From NCBI GenBank assembly GCA_043797085.1, contig JAZDQA010000009.1, positions 55,608 to 119,607 of the forward strand: a stretch of DNA of 64,000 nt. The letters run 5' to 3'. A program made the translations under genes and the position numbers. Of this stretch, positions 61,016 through 64,000 are shown piece after piece (position 1 is the stretch's first letter; the number at the start of each line of letters is the position of its first letter). Under the pieces are notes generated by a model that worked only from the letters and a program-made list of their open reading frames with translations, was not told the origin of the DNA and did not search any database. Source of the DNA: Pseudomonadota bacterium. GTDB lineage: Bacteria; Campylobacterota; Campylobacteria; Campylobacterales; Sulfurimonadaceae.

Positions 61016-62347
61016 TTAAGCCTTAGAATAAAGCCCATCTTCACCTAGTAATGCCCAACCACTATTTATGAGTTGGTCAAGAATAACTCTGACTTCCTCT
61101 GTTGTAATCGGACTTACATTTCTTGCGATGGTGCGCAGGGAACGCCTTTTAGCACTTTTTAGTTGATTCTCAACTCGATTTTTGGTAGTTAATTTTCCAG
61201 TTTTTGAATGCGCGTATGCTAAGATTTCTTGAAAATGATGATTGTCTAAATAGTCAAGAATTTTAATAGAGCGATTCATCGTATCACTATCAATTTCAAC
61301 ACAATCCGGAGAAGTATTTTCAACATTCTTGCACAGCTGAATCAATGCTGCGATACGCTGACTGATAGTCAACAGTCTCACCTCAAATCCAGCGGTATCG
61401 TCTGCCGCGTAATATTTATATCGATATCGATCATTTATAGATTTATGATAATTTTCATAGACCTCAAGTGCATCATGACCAAGATAAAAAGCTTTATTGT
61501 TGGCATATTCATGAAATTTTCTGGCAAATTCTTCGATTTTTGCTGATTCTTCAACGCTCAATTCTTGACGAAGTGGTATTGATTTATACCTACCAAAAAT
61601 CACCAAAAAACGGTTTAGCAATCCATCAGCAATCATGTCTCGCATATCCGATGGGGTCAAATTACTAGCACCAATCGTGGATGCGGCGAATAGTCCCATA
61701 CCTTGTACAACGATATGCTTCGATCGCTTACTGTCTTTCAGTTTTCGTGTCACCATCGTTCCAGAGTCGAATATTTGCATCAGTGCTCGCAACAAATTTG
61801 CCTTAACGGTATCGTTTTTACTGGACCGATAAAGTTTCCCGAATTCATCGAGTACCACATGTAAAGCACTTTCAAGCTCAAGAGACAGTTCAAGCCCCTC
61901 AGCAGAGGCAGCATCCATAAAAACATCTGGCAAAGATTTTGAATCTGCTGTTTTAGATTTTTCTAAAGCGCTCAGTTCTTTATCAAGCCAATTTAACAAT
62001 TCCTTTCGTACTATCCCAGTCGCAGATGTTTTCCCAACCCCACTGGGTGCGAATAAAGCCATAAACAGAATAATGGACCGACCATGATCGCCTTTGGATT
62101 GCGCAACAGTAGCCCCGTTACAAAGTGCTGGGAATGCACACAATGTACTAACAGCCAGCCCATCAATATGAGCATGTACTACATTATTAAATGCCATCAG
62201 AATTGCATAAAGAGAAGCGGGTAAAACCTCTTTCCAAAATGAAATAGAGTACAATTGCGAAGTTCTTTCTTCAGAACACTTTTCAGAGGAGGTAGTTGGC
62301 GCTATCTCTTCACCTTCATTCATTGCTTCACGCATGCCAATTTCCAT
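61016..62347 (-). CDS. DUF3987 (YfjI-like) P-loop replication/helicase-like protein
   Basis: Walker A APSGVGKT, S.EGL, Walker B LDEFG, DGLLNRFL, C-terminal wHTH-like region. Confidence 0.8.
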   Translation of the reverse strand: MEIGMREAMNEGEEIAPTTSSEKCSEERTSQLYSISFWKEVLPASLYAILMAFNNVVHAHIDGLAVSTLCAFPALCNGATVAQSKGDHGRSIILFMALFAPSGVGKTSATGIVRKELLNWLDKELSALEKSKTADSKSLPDVFMDAASAEGLELSLELESALHVVLDEFGKLYRSSKNDTVKANLLRALMQIFDSGTMVTRKLKDSKRSKHIVVQGMGLFAASTIGASNLTPSDMRDMIADGLLNRFLVIFGRYKSIPLRQELSVEESAKIEEFARKFHEYANNKAFYLGHDALEVYENYHKSINDRYRYKYYAADDTAGFEVRLLTISQRIAALIQLCKNVENTSPDCVEIDSDTMNRSIKILDYLDNHHFQEILAYAHSKTGKLTTKNRVENQLKSAKRRSLRTIARNVSPITTEEVRVILDQLINSGWALLGEDGLYSKA

Positions 62348-62510
62348 TAATTAAATCTTTTATCTCACTCTTTTTCCAAGCACTGACCCCAGGTGAAGGT
62401 TTGTACTGTTTAGGAAACAGACCTTTTTTCATATTCCCATATATCGTGCTGCGTGAAAGCTTTGTAAGCCTTTTTACTTCCGGCAGTCTAATCAAGACAT
62501 CTTGATTCAT
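62328..62510 (-). CDS. AlpA-family transcriptional regulator / excisionase
   Basis: LIRLPEV...T.LSRSTIY..MK.G.FPK......S.W..SEI; true start ATG 62510 (AAGGA SD). Confidence 0.9.
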   Translation of the reverse strand: MNQDVLIRLPEVKRLTKLSRSTIYGNMKKGLFPKQYKPSPGVSAWKKSEIKDLINGNWHA

Positions 62511-62622
62511 TTGGATTCCTTTGGATTTGTTTGGTCCGTTTTGGACAACAAAATTATATGATAAAAACGGCATTTTATTACGATATAATTTGATTTTAAA
62601 ATCAAATAATAGGATCAAAAAA

Positions 62623-63426
62623 ATGAGAAATGATGATGAAAGAATTACACTGTTTTGTAAACTATTTGCACTTACCTCTAAACATTCAAGAACAACAGCA
62701 GGACGAAAAATAAACAAGAAAAAAGGCTTGGCACCATTTGAAGAATTTTTTAAACAGCTTTCAAATAAAGATCTTCAAAATTTACTAGATTTTTTAGATA
62801 AGAAATCCACTAAACTATCAATAAATATGCGACGTGATGAAAAAACTGAAGAAGTTACATCAACAATAAAAGTACTCGACAAACTTGAAACAATAACTAC
62901 AGATACAGGTAAAGTACTCCAGTTTTATGTACCACGTAACAAATCACCACAAAGAGTACTAGAGGAACTTTGGAGCGAACAAGATCGTCAACAGCATAAG
63001 AAAAATGAGTTGTATAGAGCACAAAATGAAGAGTATGAAGATAATCTTTTTTATTTTTCAAAACAGGATAGGTTTCAAAGTTTTAATGCATATCTTCTGT
63101 TCTTGGAAGGACTCGAAACCGAAGCAGATTCGGAAGAAATGAAGTATAGATCCAAACAAAATGGTATTTATACAATTGATTATGCAAATTATTTATCCTA
63201 TAAATTATTAATTGAAAGATATTGTGAAAACATCTTTGCTAAACAAATTAGTACACTTTCCATGAATGAATCCAATAAAGAGATAATTAATAAGATGATT
63301 ATCACTCACAAATCCGATCTTCTTTTGATATTAGATTCTTCAAAAATGGACTCCGAATTCGTTTTACACCTCGCAAAAGAAAAATTATTAAAATTATTAA
63401 AGAAGCATAGAGTTTTGTTTGACTAA
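62623..63426 (+). CDS. Hypothetical protein, divergent from alpA
   Basis: Long AT-rich ORF; ATG 62623 with AGGA upstream. Confidence 0.7.
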   Translation: MRNDDERITLFCKLFALTSKHSRTTAGRKINKKKGLAPFEEFFKQLSNKDLQNLLDFLDKKSTKLSINMRRDEKTEEVTSTIKVLDKLETITTDTGKVLQFYVPRNKSPQRVLEELWSEQDRQQHKKNELYRAQNEEYEDNLFYFSKQDRFQSFNAYLLFLEGLETEADSEEMKYRSKQNGIYTIDYANYLSYKLLIERYCENIFAKQISTLSMNESNKEIINKMIITHKSDLLLILDSSKMDSEFVLHLAKEKLLKLLKKHRVLFD

Positions 63427-63597
63427 AGCACAATTTTAAGCCTGCAAAAATTTAAAAATCTACACTTTTTTCAAACAAATTCCTCCATTTTAGCTCTTGA
63501 CTTTCCCGAAAAAAAAGCCTCCGTTTTTTCACTTCTAAAATAAATACGACCTTCTTTAAATTCCCACTGGCAGGGAAATAATTTAGATTTTAGCACC

Positions 63598-63626
63598 TTG
63601 CGTGAGAATTAAAAGTATGTTACAAT
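63598..63626 (+). promoter_or_regulatory. Sigma70-type promoter
   Basis: TTGCGT-N17-TACAAT with a TG extension. Confidence 0.55.
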
Positions 63627-63783
63627 TTCTACAGTTGCAACCGAGAACGTTCTCAAATTTTTCCTGAAAAAGAGTGGTGATTAGCTATCGTCTCTCTTTC
63701 TCAAACAATCCTAAATCCTGATCAGATTTTTACCATTGTCACCCTGTATTTAAAAAAAGACCCAATCCGAGGAGGATATTCCC

Positions 63784-64000
63784 ATGTCTGTAATTTACCA
63801 TACCAACTGTGATCTCGCACTTGATGAGAGCCGTAAAAGCATACTTGTTAATCCAATGCGGGAACGTTTCTATTTAGTTCCCTGTGAAGAACAAGCTTCT
63901 ATCTTTACCAATGCCACTCTTAGTATTGATGATGAAGGGCGTTATATCATTGAGGGGACTCAAACACTCTATAACGAGCACAATGGAGTCTCTTCAAGCT
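63784..64000 (+). CDS. Hypothetical protein, 5' part (runs off the right edge)
   Basis: GAGGAGG SD; open frame MSVIYHTNCDLALDESRKSILVNPMRERFYLVPC... to the window end. Confidence 0.7.
   Translation, partial: MSVIYHTNCDLALDESRKSILVNPMRERFYLVPCEEQASIFTNATLSIDDEGRYIIEGTQTLYNEHNGVSSS

Larger units (their letters stand above)
49217..64000. mobile_element. Integrated genomic island (satellite/IME-like); continues beyond the right edge
   Basis: att-like tRNA fragment, type I R-M cargo, tyrosine recombinase, iterons, DUF3987 and AlpA genes. Confidence 0.8.

Noticed and set aside
62511..62717. N-terminal extension of the AlpA ORF
   Set aside because: Homology and SD support ATG 62510; the extension overlaps the divergent gene.
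49588..64000. Complete prophage or conjugative ICE
   Set aside because: No capsid, terminase, tail or T4SS genes within the window.

Overview
Chromosomal window from a Campylobacterota (epsilonproteobacterial) genome, most like Sulfuricurvum/Sulfurimonas. This is inferred from gene order (lspA-glmM/rpsT-prfA, mqnD/recA-eno-ftsB-AMIN, fliQ-murB, ccoG) and from extended -10 promoters. Positions 1-11.4 kb are accessory-looking: SulP, a P-type ATPase, an orphan oadG-oadB pair, DUF389, an HBD-type RNase H and a SWIM-SNF2 helicase, next to tRNA-Val. Positions 11.6-49.1 kb are mostly core genes, plus a corrinoid-salvage cluster (BtuB-like receptor, CobQ), chemoreceptors, TamAB, a hemerythrin operon and tRNA-Ser. 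From a tRNA-Ala-like 3'-end fragment at 49217 to the window end lies an integrated element. It carries a type I restriction-modification system with two inserted defence-like genes, an atypical tyrosine recombinase with a structured leader, an iteron array, a DUF3987 replication protein and AlpA. Features not in the ORF track include a three-copy MITE with 7-bp target duplications, a 54-codon polyproline uORF in front of the BtuB-like gene (no recognisable cobalamin riboswitch), a decayed duplicate of the sulP 5' end and several structured intergenic RNA candidates. A serine-recombinase homologue lacking its catalytic residues is coupled to ccoG. All family assignments come from motif recognition by eye; no searches were run.
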